A DNA stretch of 64,000 nucleotides, taken from contig JBKJNB010000072.1 of assembly GCA_046595995.1 (NCBI GenBank), positions 10,786 to 74,785 on the forward strand, in the 5' to 3' direction. The stretch is from Candidatus Kapaibacteriota bacterium (GTDB lineage Bacteria > Bacteroidota > Ignavibacteria > Kapaibacteriales > Kapaibacteriaceae). Each line of letters begins with the position of its first letter. Positions within the stretch are counted from its first letter, which is position 1. The notes below the pieces were generated by a model that saw only the letters and a list, made by a program, of their open reading frames with translations, ran no database searches and was not told the origin of the DNA. Of the stretch, positions 31,313-41,162 are shown in pieces. Position numbers and translations under genes: made by a program.

Positions 31313-31362
31313 CAAACGTAGTTCTACGTGGTTGATTTAGTCAACATACGTAATTATACGTA
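31313..31362. promoter_or_regulatory. Divergent promoter region: -7 element TACGTTTG (minus, 31313-31320) plus three adjacent short palindromes
   Basis: ACGTAG-tt-CTACGT, GTTGA-tttag-TCAAC and TACGTA-atta-TACGTA in an AT-rich spacer. Confidence 0.45.
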
Positions 31363-31411
31363 CTAGGCCCTGTTAAATGATGTTCATGCAGAATCGGTGC
31401 TGTAATTTGCC

Positions 31412-32365
31412 TTGGTGATCCGTCCCAAAGCGCTCCGCAAAAACGCCGTAATCGGTGTCATCGCGCCTGCCTCCCCGCAGCGCGATCCAGATCGTTTGAC
31501 ACGAGGTGTACATTACTTAGAAAATCTTGGTTATCGCGTTAAGTACGGACGGAATATAGACAAACGTCACGCCGGCTACCTGGCTGGCACCGATGCTGAA
31601 CGCCTTGCCGACCTCCACGAAATGTTCGCTGACCCCCAGGTCGAGGCAATTTTCTGTGCTCGTGGAGGCTACGGTTCTGCTCGGCTGCTGACACAAGTCG
31701 ACTGGGATCTGCTCAGAAGAAACCCAAAAATCTTTGTCGGTTTCAGCGATCTCACTTCCCTGCAGCTCGCTATATGGAAGCGAATCCGTCTGGTGACGTT
31801 CAGCGGTGCACTACCAAGTGTGGACATGGCTGACGCTATGGATGCCGAGACCGAGGAATGGTTTTGGCGTGTACTTACTTCCACAAGTCCTCTTGGCCCC
31901 CTGACACAAAGTGTGCCCCTTCGCCGGACCCGCGTACCAGACTTAACAGCTTCTGCGGTTCGAACACCGCTCATTCCCGCTAACCTTACGGTATTGTGCT
32001 CTATGCTTGGTACCCCCTGGATGCCATCGCTCACCAACGCCCTGCTTGTGTTAGAGGATATTGGAGAAGAAACCTATCGGGTAGACAGACTGCTTACACA
32101 GCTTAGACTGTCCGGTGCTTTCGATGTAGTCTCGGGTATAGCGTTCGGGTACTTCACACAAAAAGGTTTGCCGACTACGGCGACACCACACCGCGATATA
32201 ACTGAGCTCTTGCGCGAGGTTCAGAAACAGACAACGTGTCCTATGCTTACTGGCCTCATGTTCGGGCACGAACAGAAGAAGTTTACGTTCCCTGTGGGTG
32301 TTAGCGCGAGCATAGCACCGCGTGGAGCGGCGGGAATTATACTCCATGACGCGGCAGTGCGATAG
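31412..32365 (+). CDS. ldcA: LD-carboxypeptidase (peptidase S66)
   Basis: IAPAS and ARGGYG motifs; catalytic GFSD(Ser), LEDIGE(Glu) and FGH(His). Confidence 0.92.
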   Translation: MVIRPKALRKNAVIGVIAPASPQRDPDRLTRGVHYLENLGYRVKYGRNIDKRHAGYLAGTDAERLADLHEMFADPQVEAIFCARGGYGSARLLTQVDWDLLRRNPKIFVGFSDLTSLQLAIWKRIRLVTFSGALPSVDMADAMDAETEEWFWRVLTSTSPLGPLTQSVPLRRTRVPDLTASAVRTPLIPANLTVLCSMLGTPWMPSLTNALLVLEDIGEETYRVDRLLTQLRLSGAFDVVSGIAFGYFTQKGLPTTATPHRDITELLREVQKQTTCPMLTGLMFGHEQKKFTFPVGVSASIAPRGAAGIILHDAAVR

Positions 32366-32379
32366 TTCGCCTGAACACA

Positions 32380-32413
32380 TTCTTTGGTAGTACGATTTCT
32401 TTGGTAGTACGAT
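32380..32413. repeat. Perfect 17-bp tandem duplication at a convergent gene junction
   Basis: TTCTTTGGTAGTACGAT x2, abutting the stop codon of the kinase gene. Confidence 0.93.
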
Positions 32414-33324
32414 TAGTGCTGCGCAGCGATTGCTTCGATAAGATCGTCGAGTAGCTTGATGTCGAAGTTAGTGTCGTCTGCATGAATCAGGCGTTCAACC
32501 ATCGATCGATAATACTCGCTTGCAAACAGTGACCCATGCAATACGATGTTGGATTGCTTGAACTCTGCGTTGGCGATAAGTGGACGTATGATGGCATGAA
32601 GTGCAACAGAGCCACGTTCAGCAATACCCCTTGCAACCTCATCGTTCTCTTCTGCATACGAAAGAACAGCCCGCGCCAACCTAGCTGAACCGTCAATGGA
32701 AACAGAGCGCAACCGTGTTTCGAGTGTGCTTACATCATCTGGATCACAGCGCAGATATGCTGCTACGGGTCTGATGAGAAGGGTCTTTGGACCGCGAGCG
32801 TCTATCATACGCGCGACAGCGCGCAGCGCTTCGCGACCCATCCAGAAGCCCCCTCCTTCGTCATCGAGACGCGGACCCCATCCGCCGCAACGCATTAGGC
32901 GTCCGTCTTTCGCACGTGCAACTGCAATCGATCCCGTTCCACCAATGAGTACAATGCCTGGGCTACTGCCTAGGGCCGCAATGAGCACGAGCTCGACGTC
33001 GCTCATCACGCGTATCGATGGTAAGGCATTGTCGACATACTGCATCCAAGAATCACAGAACGCATTGACGTATGCAGTGCATTCGTGATCCGTCCATACA
33101 CCCGACATGCCTATGACGCAAAATCGAATGTCAGCTTCTTCAGGTGAGAGTTGCGCAGTAGCCAGGAAGCCACCGAGCGCGCGACATAGGTCATCGGTGC
33201 GACAGTCGTGGTGTAGCGGTTTGAATGCAGGTAGTTCGGTACGCGCACGAACCTGGCCTGAAAAGACTACGGCGACGTCAGTAGAGGTGCCGCCACCGTC
33301 AAGAATGAGTGTCGACAATGGCAT
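32413..33324 (-). CDS. BadF/BadG/BcrA/BcrD ATPase family, N-acetylglucosamine/MurNAc kinase-like
   Basis: LDGGGTST, GMSG, SD, LIGGTGS and GGWGPRLDDEGGGFWMG motifs; ATG 33324 overlaps the upstream stop (TAATG). Confidence 0.85.
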   Translation of the reverse strand: MPLSTLILDGGGTSTDVAVVFSGQVRARTELPAFKPLHHDCRTDDLCRALGGFLATAQLSPEEADIRFCVIGMSGVWTDHECTAYVNAFCDSWMQYVDNALPSIRVMSDVELVLIAALGSSPGIVLIGGTGSIAVARAKDGRLMRCGGWGPRLDDEGGGFWMGREALRAVARMIDARGPKTLLIRPVAAYLRCDPDDVSTLETRLRSVSIDGSARLARAVLSYAEENDEVARGIAERGSVALHAIIRPLIANAEFKQSNIVLHGSLFASEYYRSMVERLIHADDTNFDIKLLDDLIEAIAAQH

Positions 33325-34124
33325 TAATTGGCCTTGGGCGGTTGCCAGTTGTTCCGTTTCCAAGAGATGAGTTCGAGCGTTACAGAGCCCACGTATACTC
33401 TCATCTTAGCTTTTATAGGAATGCATGCTTCATCGTCGCTGAACCAACCTTCGAATCGACCGGTTAATCCGTAAACGCCAGTCCAATCTGCATCGCCTGC
33501 GAAGTGCACTGTTCGGACAGGATAGTTTGCCGCGTCAATCTCTACCTCTTCGCGCTTGCCTTCGTAGTTAATAAGAGTATTCACCGTGTCATTCATTATC
33601 ACACTACGCAATCGATAATTCTTGTTGCTATGTAATAATGCGCGTGCTGCAAACAATATGGAAGAGCCATCATTGTAGCGCTTCTGAATAACGAAGTCTT
33701 TAGAGGCGATCTTAACCTTGTTTCTATACTTCTCTATCGTGGCTTTCTTCGCGTCGTAATCGAAAAGGTACTGGTCGAAATCCCACGTGCCATCACCCAT
33801 TGCAGTATTGGAGTTGAATTTGTACGAATATGTCGCCGATGTATCAATCCAACTTTCGTAGGTGGAGTTAAGCGACACAAACGGGATGTTCGGGTGCGAG
33901 TTAATGATGACCTTGATCTTGCCGACTGTTCGGCCGTCTAGAGTCGTAAACGGTTGTACGACAGTCTTAACAGTACCGAGAGTGACGTTCAGGTATGAAA
34001 CGCGGTACACCAGCTCTTCGCCTGGCTGAAGGATGTTACTGCCTTGAGCCGATGTTGAACAGACCACACACATCAACATCACCAGCACGGACGCGCCGCG
34101 TGTGAGTCTCCTCATAGCAACCAA
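33324..34124 (-). CDS. DUF3108-domain secreted protein
   Basis: Signal peptide; GEELVYRVSY..V.LG and WFSDD..IP.K.....VGSV..EL patterns. Confidence 0.8.
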   Translation of the reverse strand: MVAMRRLTRGASVLVMLMCVVCSTSAQGSNILQPGEELVYRVSYLNVTLGTVKTVVQPFTTLDGRTVGKIKVIINSHPNIPFVSLNSTYESWIDTSATYSYKFNSNTAMGDGTWDFDQYLFDYDAKKATIEKYRNKVKIASKDFVIQKRYNDGSSILFAARALLHSNKNYRLRSVIMNDTVNTLINYEGKREEVEIDAANYPVRTVHFAGDADWTGVYGLTGRFEGWFSDDEACIPIKAKMRVYVGSVTLELISWKRNNWQPPKAN

Positions 34125-34142
34125 TCGAGTTGTGATGCTAAA

Positions 34143-35762
34143 TCAACGTAGACGAGCAATTTTCGACGCCTCGGGAAAAAGCTCCAAGGCTTTACGAACC
34201 TGTTTGTCAACACTATGAATAACGGCGTAATAACCGTTTAGACCAAACATTGCACGGCCGATATACGCTTTTAGCAGAGTACGCATGTACTCTCCATCCT
34301 GCGTGTAATCGGCGTCGCTCCATACAACTTCTTTCTTGTCAGAGGCCCTGCGGAAGGTTGCCATGTCGTCAGAAGTAATCTGGTACTCGCGCACAAACTT
34401 GCCTAGGTCACCGGAATATGTCGTACGAATTTCCTTGCCGCGCGCTTGCATGATTTCATCGCGGACTTCACTGAAGATGTTTGCACGAAGAACATTGCGT
34501 AGCATAATCGTCGTTGTGTCGTTCTTAATAAAGTAGTCGGGAGTGATACCGCCGCCGCCGTATACGGTGCGACCGCCGAGGGTCTTGAATTGTGGACGGT
34601 CCTTGAGTTTCCCATCCTGATCATGTGAGATGTTGTCGCCTTCGGCACCTTCGTCACGACCGTCACCGCCGTAATACTTTGCTTTGTCTTCGTACGAGCG
34701 CTGAATGAGACGACCCGATGGGGTGTAATAGCGAGAGATGGTAAGGCGATATGCCGAACCGTCACCGAGGGTGTACTGCCGCTGAACGAGCCCCTTACCA
34801 AAACTCGACTCACCAACTACGAGACCACGATCGAGATCTTGTACCGCACCAGAAACGATTTCGCTTGCCGATGCCGATCCACCATTGATCAGCACCACAA
34901 GTGGCATGTCTTCCATTTCACCGCCGGCGGTTGAGAAGAAGTCTTCGTCGAATTCTGGACGTCGGCCCTTGGTGTACACGATCTTTTGTCCGGCAGGGAT
35001 AAACGCATCGGCGATACGATACGCCTGGTCGAGATATCCACCCGGGTTTGAGCGAAGATCGAGCATGAGTTTCTTCATCCCGCTACTACGCAGTTTGCGC
35101 ACCGCGCTTACGATTTCGTCATACGTGGTTGCGCTAAACCGATTAGCAGCAACGTAGCCAACGTCTGTTCCGGTAATAATAAACGACGCTTCGACTGAGT
35201 TGAGAGGAATCTTGTCGCGTGTAATGTTGAACACTAACAATTCTTTTTCGCCAGCACGTTTGATGTGGAGCTTGACGATGGTACCCTTCGGACCGCGCAG
35301 TTTTTTCGGAACCATCTCGCGCGTTGTCTTGATGGCTGATGTGTCATTTATTCTTACAATGCGATCTGTGGCAAGTATGCCGACCTGTTCGCTTGGTCCG
35401 CCAACGATCGGCGACACAACTGTAATCGTGTCATTGATAATGTCAAACTCGACGCCAATGCCTTCGAAGCTCCCCTGAAAATCTTCTGTTACTTGCTGCA
35501 TGTCTTTTGCAGAGATGTATACAGAGTGCGGGTCGAGTTCGTTTAGCATGCCGCGGATTGCAGCTTCGGTAAGCTTCTGCGTGTCGACCTCTTCGACGTA
35601 ATTCTTAACTGCGTTCGAGAGTACCTCATTGTACTTCCTAACAGAATCGAGGGTGTTATCGCCTGAAATGAGGGGCCGAACGTACATGTCCAAGCCAATG
35701 CCTGCGACTACGGCAACAAGAACAATCAGAAGAATACGGGAGGTCGGGATTTTCATGGTCAT
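34143..35762 (-). CDS. C-terminal processing protease, S41A (CtpA-like)
   Basis: LDPHS, GIG (PDZ), DLRSNPGG, SASASEI, GKGLVQ, YYTPSGR and GGITPD motifs. Confidence 0.95.
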   Translation of the reverse strand: MTMKIPTSRILLIVLVAVVAGIGLDMYVRPLISGDNTLDSVRKYNEVLSNAVKNYVEEVDTQKLTEAAIRGMLNELDPHSVYISAKDMQQVTEDFQGSFEGIGVEFDIINDTITVVSPIVGGPSEQVGILATDRIVRINDTSAIKTTREMVPKKLRGPKGTIVKLHIKRAGEKELLVFNITRDKIPLNSVEASFIITGTDVGYVAANRFSATTYDEIVSAVRKLRSSGMKKLMLDLRSNPGGYLDQAYRIADAFIPAGQKIVYTKGRRPEFDEDFFSTAGGEMEDMPLVVLINGGSASASEIVSGAVQDLDRGLVVGESSFGKGLVQRQYTLGDGSAYRLTISRYYTPSGRLIQRSYEDKAKYYGGDGRDEGAEGDNISHDQDGKLKDRPQFKTLGGRTVYGGGGITPDYFIKNDTTTIMLRNVLRANIFSEVRDEIMQARGKEIRTTYSGDLGKFVREYQITSDDMATFRRASDKKEVVWSDADYTQDGEYMRTLLKAYIGRAMFGLNGYYAVIHSVDKQVRKALELFPEASKIARLR

Positions 35763-35837
35763 AGTCGAGTGTGATGGGTCGCAAAACTACAAAACGCAAG
35801 TACCCGACCGATGACGGCTTCAAGTGTTTCGCAGTGT

Positions 35838-38834
35838 TCACCGGCGAATGATGCAAGGTGTCGAGCGTATGGAGCCGTCCGTTTCGACTACACAGACGTA
35901 GGTACCCTCTTGCAGGTACTGTACGTCTACGGCAAGCCCCCTGGTCGGAGCCCCTTGCCAGCTTAGGCGATGCACCTCAGAGCCGGTGAGGTCGAGGAAC
36001 CGGATAACGGCATGGTCGATAGGTGAAGCAAACACCAGCGTTAGTACAGAGAATGCAGGAAGGGGCGCGGCCAGGAGGCCGCTAGGGGCAATGCGTCGAA
36101 CGTCTGTGCCCACGGGTACATCGCATCGAGAGACTCCCGCGAAGGCCAACGACTGGCCTTCAGACTGCACGGCAAGTCGGCTGCGCGTACATCCGAACAT
36201 GAACAATACTGTGTCGGTTCTGTCTGCTGTGTCGGCTTCGATGGGCGAGAAGCAGATTTCGACCGATTGGCTTGCACCCGGCGCCAGATATATTGGGAAC
36301 TGATGTTGTGGAGCTGAAAAGAGAACGTTGTGCTGGATGGCTATCGACGGAATTGTGATGCCGAACGCTCCATAATTGCGCAGCGTAATCAGTTCACAAC
36401 CCAGCATGCCAATTGCATATGACTGCATTTCCTGACCTCTGAACGCACCCTTAACTCCTGCAATCTCGAGCGTGAATCCTGGTATGGTATCGACAGATGT
36501 GGCGACGTTCCCCGCCGAGTCTATGGCTTCAAAGCCGTAGATCGCGTCCTCATAAGGATCAATAACCGTGACGGTCCACTGTGCGGTATGACCAACAATG
36601 GGAACGGGCACATCGGCTGCGGGTGAAGCAATGCAGTTCACCATCACAGATTCGAGAATACGTGCAGACTCGAGTCCGAAGTCGACGTCTGTAATGTCGC
36701 TTACCGTAATGCTTACCGTAGTCGAGCACGGGTCGATGCTGTTTTGCACTGTTGGAGGTCGCCTGTCGAGCTGCGCGTCGAACATTACGGAAACTGCCTT
36801 GCGCTCACGACAAGAGTCGCCAAGAATGAGTGTGTCGTAGGTAATGCCTTCGCTGTCGAACTGTCTGCAATACCGTATCCAACGCTGCTCGCCTGGTGCA
36901 AGCGATAATGGCGCGGGAACAGACGATTGCGCTCCGCTTGAGAATCGCAGTGTTGTTAACGTATGCGGATACTTGCCATAGTTCTGCAAAAGCACCGAAT
37001 CGCATCGTTGTCTACCTACAGGCAGAACAACCACATGGTTGTCGGTTGTTGGGTCTGATCCGCGGCCGCTTATGCCAATAGTGAAACCCGGCACGTTAAA
37101 AGTGCGGCGAAAAGTCTGTCCGACGACATCCGTTGCGTCGACTGCTATACTGCCATCGTCGAAGGGATTGACGAGCGTTGCTTGAAACTGCACAACTGCC
37201 TGTGGAGCCTGGAACGCTCCGAGGACAAGCGAAATGTTTTGCTCTGAACCAGGCACTACCGTAATGGTTGCAACGCGCGAGTCACCAAGAACCGAGTCGG
37301 CAATCGTGCCGCTAACAGAGCCACAACGTGCGTCGCCGAGAATTACGGGTGGGTATGTATCGAGCGGACGGAATGCCATGCCGCCGATGTATCCGTATGA
37401 ATTCGCCACACCATACCCGTAAACATAGATACCAAATGTCGTGTCGCCCTTGATGTGATGCACACCGTCAGTCATTTTCAACTGTGCCCATGAATACGGC
37501 GTCTGAGCAAGCTGCTGAAACATGCCCGGTGAAACCGGAAGTCCGTCGAGAACGAGACTACTAATTCCAACAGTTGGCACGACGATATTGAGGTATTGCT
37601 CTTCATAGATTATCGTTGGAGAACCAAGATCTACATACTCGTACGACTGTACGTTGATGAATCGATATTCGTCCATGAACTGCTCCGCTGGCGGAACGAG
37701 CATCATTAGTGGATCGCCGACGCGCTGAACAGGTTGCCCGGCTTCGCCTGTCGTTTTCTTAAACTGAGCAACCAAGGCAGGACGTGATGTTGCTATGGCT
37801 GACGCACGCGTAAGTGATGATTCGAAAACCTGTCCGGCGTTCATCAACACTTGAAACGCGCCATCCACAAGAACAGCCGTCGAATCGAATGCCGCTACGA
37901 CACGGTAAAGGTCTGTGCCTATATCAGACTCATTGCTTGACTTAGCAAATGGTGTAACGAATGCACTCTTACCCCACGTGCCCACGGGGCTCATCTGCTC
38001 TATAAGGTAGTCACGCGAAACAAGCTGATCAATGAAGCTTATGGGCAGTGTGGCACGTTGGTGGCCGCCGAACACTGCTACTGGCTTGTTCGCGCGCACG
38101 ACTGAGCCTGTCAAATCTGCATTTTGTGCACCATCGAGGGCGGCCTGCACTAGAAAGCTTTCACCTTTCTGCAGCGTCACGACAATAAGATCGCCCTCAA
38201 AGGAACGGGTTGTGTTTGCAGTGGGTGTTATTTCTACTCGCGTGTTGTTTTCGGTTGCGACTACAGCGAACTGTGAGGGTGTAGAATTGCTTTCGCCTGG
38301 GAAGGGTCGAAGGTCGGAGTTGTACGACATCACCACGTAGTCGCCCGTGAGAGCGTCCGTTGGTAGCACGAGCAAGGCGTCACTCGTAGTATTGGCCTGA
38401 TTCATTGCGTAGACCGTTACGTCTGACGCACTTTCGATATGAATGGATTGTGGAGCGGGACTTTCGGCCTGCGAGCCTGCAGGCTGAATCTGACCACCAC
38501 GGTTGAAGCCTCGAAGCTCGATGCCATCGAAATACGTGCGATACTCGAACAACACTGCAGGATTCGTTATCGTAAACTGTATAGTAGTCGCCGCGCCGGT
38601 AATGTTCGTGATTGTTATAGTACCCGTTGTCGGTGCCTCGGCACCGATATAGATGTACAGCTGGTGCTCAAGTTGCTTCTCAGGATTATTGGGTAGCGTA
38701 GCCTCGCCGTTATGGAAGTTGGGAGGGAATGTCAACCAGAAGTCACGCCCCTTGCTGTCTGGATACAGTTGCGCATATGCACAGACGGTCGCAGATAACA
38801 TACATACACACAACTGCACCAACATGGGCTTCAT
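35838..38834 (-). CDS. IgGFc-binding N-terminal domain protein with ASH-like modules and T9SS-like CTD
   Basis: SKGRDFWLTF, TVYAMNQ...SDA.LVLPT..L...Y, KPVAVFGGH, EQM.P...WG, GDP.M...PP.EQF and SYGY.GG motifs; C-terminal EGTYVCVV. Confidence 0.85.
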   Translation of the reverse strand: MKPMLVQLCVCMLSATVCAYAQLYPDSKGRDFWLTFPPNFHNGEATLPNNPEKQLEHQLYIYIGAEAPTTGTITITNITGAATTIQFTITNPAVLFEYRTYFDGIELRGFNRGGQIQPAGSQAESPAPQSIHIESASDVTVYAMNQANTTSDALLVLPTDALTGDYVVMSYNSDLRPFPGESNSTPSQFAVVATENNTRVEITPTANTTRSFEGDLIVVTLQKGESFLVQAALDGAQNADLTGSVVRANKPVAVFGGHQRATLPISFIDQLVSRDYLIEQMSPVGTWGKSAFVTPFAKSSNESDIGTDLYRVVAAFDSTAVLVDGAFQVLMNAGQVFESSLTRASAIATSRPALVAQFKKTTGEAGQPVQRVGDPLMMLVPPAEQFMDEYRFINVQSYEYVDLGSPTIIYEEQYLNIVVPTVGISSLVLDGLPVSPGMFQQLAQTPYSWAQLKMTDGVHHIKGDTTFGIYVYGYGVANSYGYIGGMAFRPLDTYPPVILGDARCGSVSGTIADSVLGDSRVATITVVPGSEQNISLVLGAFQAPQAVVQFQATLVNPFDDGSIAVDATDVVGQTFRRTFNVPGFTIGISGRGSDPTTDNHVVVLPVGRQRCDSVLLQNYGKYPHTLTTLRFSSGAQSSVPAPLSLAPGEQRWIRYCRQFDSEGITYDTLILGDSCRERKAVSVMFDAQLDRRPPTVQNSIDPCSTTVSITVSDITDVDFGLESARILESVMVNCIASPAADVPVPIVGHTAQWTVTVIDPYEDAIYGFEAIDSAGNVATSVDTIPGFTLEIAGVKGAFRGQEMQSYAIGMLGCELITLRNYGAFGITIPSIAIQHNVLFSAPQHQFPIYLAPGASQSVEICFSPIEADTADRTDTVLFMFGCTRSRLAVQSEGQSLAFAGVSRCDVPVGTDVRRIAPSGLLAAPLPAFSVLTLVFASPIDHAVIRFLDLTGSEVHRLSWQGAPTRGLAVDVQYLQEGTYVCVVETDGSIRSTPCIIRR

Positions 38835-38843
38835 CGCAACTCC

Positions 38844-39800
38844 CTAATCAATAATGCTCAGCGTTTCCGCATACGTTTCATTACCGTCGGCATCAAACAC
38901 TTGAACGTCCATGCGTTTGTCCGAACACAACAGCGCTGCAAAGCCTCCGTTCGTGTCGGCAAAGTGTGTGTGCTCTCCGTACGCTGTGTTACGTGCACCC
39001 CCGCCAGCACCCGAAACGATACTAAAGAAAACATCTGTTGGATGCTTGATTACTTGCATATCGTGTTCATGACCGCACAAGTAAACATGCACACCAAACG
39101 TATCGAGTAAAGGTTTAACATAGTTTACCATGTACGCTTGGTCGCCGTAATACCCATACGACCGCAGCGGATGATGTCCGACAACAACCTTCCATTTAGA
39201 CTTGCATGCATCAAGCATGTCCTCTAGCCATCTCGCCTGATCCTTCCAACCCAGACTACGCGTGAGTAGCGCCTGTGTATCAAGACCAAAAACTGTTACA
39301 ACCGTTTCGCCATTGCCCTTGAAATCGCGCGTCCACGTCCGGCCAGGCATATTCCACTGTTTATTGCGATTCCCGTATGCAACCTGTGCGTCGGGGTCAG
39401 ATCTGTGGTCGTGATTGCCGAGCACGGCCCACCAAGGCACTTGAATGTTACTGCCTGTATACACGCGTTCAAATTTCGATACCCACTGACTGTCCTCGGC
39501 TGAGTCGACACCGTTGGGATAGATGTTATCGCCGGTACTAATAATCACGGTCGGACGCGTCAAGGGCTTGGCTGCGATGGCGTTCATGCCGGCCGCAACG
39601 CGCTTCTGTAGTGACCCCCCAGTACCCCAATCGCCGATTGCAAACAAGCAGAGCGCGGGGTCGCCTTTCCAGGGCCCTGGCGGCACTCTCTTCGGTTCAG
39701 CGGGCTTGTGACGAACAACGCACGAGCCCTTGCCAGCAAGCGCGGTACGCGTCAGCAGGGGCAGGCAGGCAATAGAGGCTAGAAAATGACGGCGCTTCAT
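38844..39800 (-). CDS. Tat-exported purple acid phosphatase (TRAP/ACP5-like metallophosphoesterase)
   Basis: MKRRHFL twin-arginine signal from ATG 39800; GDWG, GDNIY, GNHD, GHHP and GHEH motifs. Confidence 0.88.
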   Translation of the reverse strand: MKRRHFLASIACLPLLTRTALAGKGSCVVRHKPAEPKRVPPGPWKGDPALCLFAIGDWGTGGSLQKRVAAGMNAIAAKPLTRPTVIISTGDNIYPNGVDSAEDSQWVSKFERVYTGSNIQVPWWAVLGNHDHRSDPDAQVAYGNRNKQWNMPGRTWTRDFKGNGETVVTVFGLDTQALLTRSLGWKDQARWLEDMLDACKSKWKVVVGHHPLRSYGYYGDQAYMVNYVKPLLDTFGVHVYLCGHEHDMQVIKHPTDVFFSIVSGAGGGARNTAYGEHTHFADTNGGFAALLCSDKRMDVQVFDADGNETYAETLSIID

Positions 39801-39828
39801 ACAACGACAACAATACGATATTCGCATC

Positions 39829-40383
39829 GTGCGAAAACTCACCCATGATGAACTCGTTGCCCAACGATTGCCAACTACGCAAGCTTTGCAGGTGCAACGC
39901 TACCCCATTACGCTTGTGCTCGAAGACATTCGGTCACTCTACAACGTGGGTTCGATCTTCCGTAGTGCAGACGCTTTTCGCGTCGAGCGATTACTGCTGA
40001 CAGGCTACACGCCACAGCCACCGCGTAAAGAGATCAGCAAGACTGCGCTAGGTGCTGATACAACGGTGCCATGGTCATACGAGGCAATCACCACCGATGC
40101 TATTGCGCAGCTAAAAGCAAACGGAGTGCACGTGTTTGCTGTAGAACTCGCAGAATTGTCGCTGCCACTATCTGCAGTCACGTCTATGTTACTCGCGTCG
40201 CCGCAGGTGCGCATCGCCCTCGTGCTCGGTAACGAGCTCACGGGAGTGAGTGCGCCCGTTATGGGGCTCTGCGAAGGGGCTGTCGAGATTCCAATGTTTG
40301 GCACCAAACACTCGTTAAACGTAGCCGTAGCTGCCGGCATTGTTCTGCATGCCTTGGTTGCATCATTGCCTCCTCGATCGTAG
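39829..40383 (+). CDS. SpoU/TrmH family RNA methyltransferase
   Basis: IRSLYNVGSIFR, LVLGNE..G and IPMFG.KHSLNVAVA motifs. Confidence 0.92.
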   Translation: MRKLTHDELVAQRLPTTQALQVQRYPITLVLEDIRSLYNVGSIFRSADAFRVERLLLTGYTPQPPRKEISKTALGADTTVPWSYEAITTDAIAQLKANGVHVFAVELAELSLPLSAVTSMLLASPQVRIALVLGNELTGVSAPVMGLCEGAVEIPMFGTKHSLNVAVAAGIVLHALVASLPPRS

Positions 40384-40406
40384 CCGACTCCGTACCTTCG
40401 CACTAT

Positions 40407-41159
40407 ATGACCGTTGCAATTCCTGAGAGCCCCCTTTTTGCGCCCCTTACGGAGCATGCCGAAGCTGTGTGTACACGCTTGGGTTGGAAACTCCTACGCG
40501 TGCCCGAGGCAAAGGCCGGGGATTTGCTGTTGAAGAACTTCGCCGATCTTGCGTTGGTGTCACCGTTGGGCTATGGACTTGGCGTCGGACGCGTGGACTA
40601 TCGCCTGCTGCCGGGCCCGTGCGTAATGCTAAACAATTACACGAACATCGCCGGTATCAACTTTCGTGAGAACCTTGAAACCGTGATGACATGCGAAAGC
40701 AGGACACCAGACGATTTTCTATCTGTAATGGGAAGTATGGTTCTTGCAGAGAAGTTCGATCTCGATGTCGCAGTGGTCAAAAAGACGAAGGAAGCGGATA
40801 CAGCACAAGGCGCAGACTGCACGATCGACTACGTACGAGACGAACGAGTGTCGGCTCTAGACGTGACCGAAGAATGGTGGGATATCACCGAACTGCCACT
40901 TCCTGTTGCAGTGTGGGCGTGCAGGATGGACGCTGACCTCGACCATGTTCAGGAAGCTGTTGAAGCCATGCAAACAAGCAACCTCGCGCCGCAGATCATC
41001 GAAGAGGCGTTAGCTACCGAAACCCTTCCGCGACAGGGCAGCATTATTTATCGGTGGGGCGAGGACACAGAAAAGGCGCTGATGGCCGCGCTCGAGATGT
41101 TGTTTTATCATCAATACATACCGGAGCTGCCTGCGATCAAGCTCCTTGGACGGGACTAA
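40407..41159 (+). CDS. Divergent MqnA/MqnD-like (futalosine pathway / periplasmic-binding-fold) protein
   Basis: DLALVS and LDVTEEWWDITELPLPVAVWACR resemble MqnA D.GEEW...TGLPF.FAVW; the N-terminal YLN and IGD motifs are not seen. Confidence 0.6.
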   Translation: MTVAIPESPLFAPLTEHAEAVCTRLGWKLLRVPEAKAGDLLLKNFADLALVSPLGYGLGVGRVDYRLLPGPCVMLNNYTNIAGINFRENLETVMTCESRTPDDFLSVMGSMVLAEKFDLDVAVVKKTKEADTAQGADCTIDYVRDERVSALDVTEEWWDITELPLPVAVWACRMDADLDHVQEAVEAMQTSNLAPQIIEEALATETLPRQGSIIYRWGEDTEKALMAALEMLFYHQYIPELPAIKLLGRD

Positions 41160-41162
41160 ATC

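Noticed and set aside
28613-32413. Short repeats as a CRISPR array or prophage att pair
   Set aside because: Each has only two adjacent copies with no spacer, the two repeats are unrelated, and no cas or integrase genes are present
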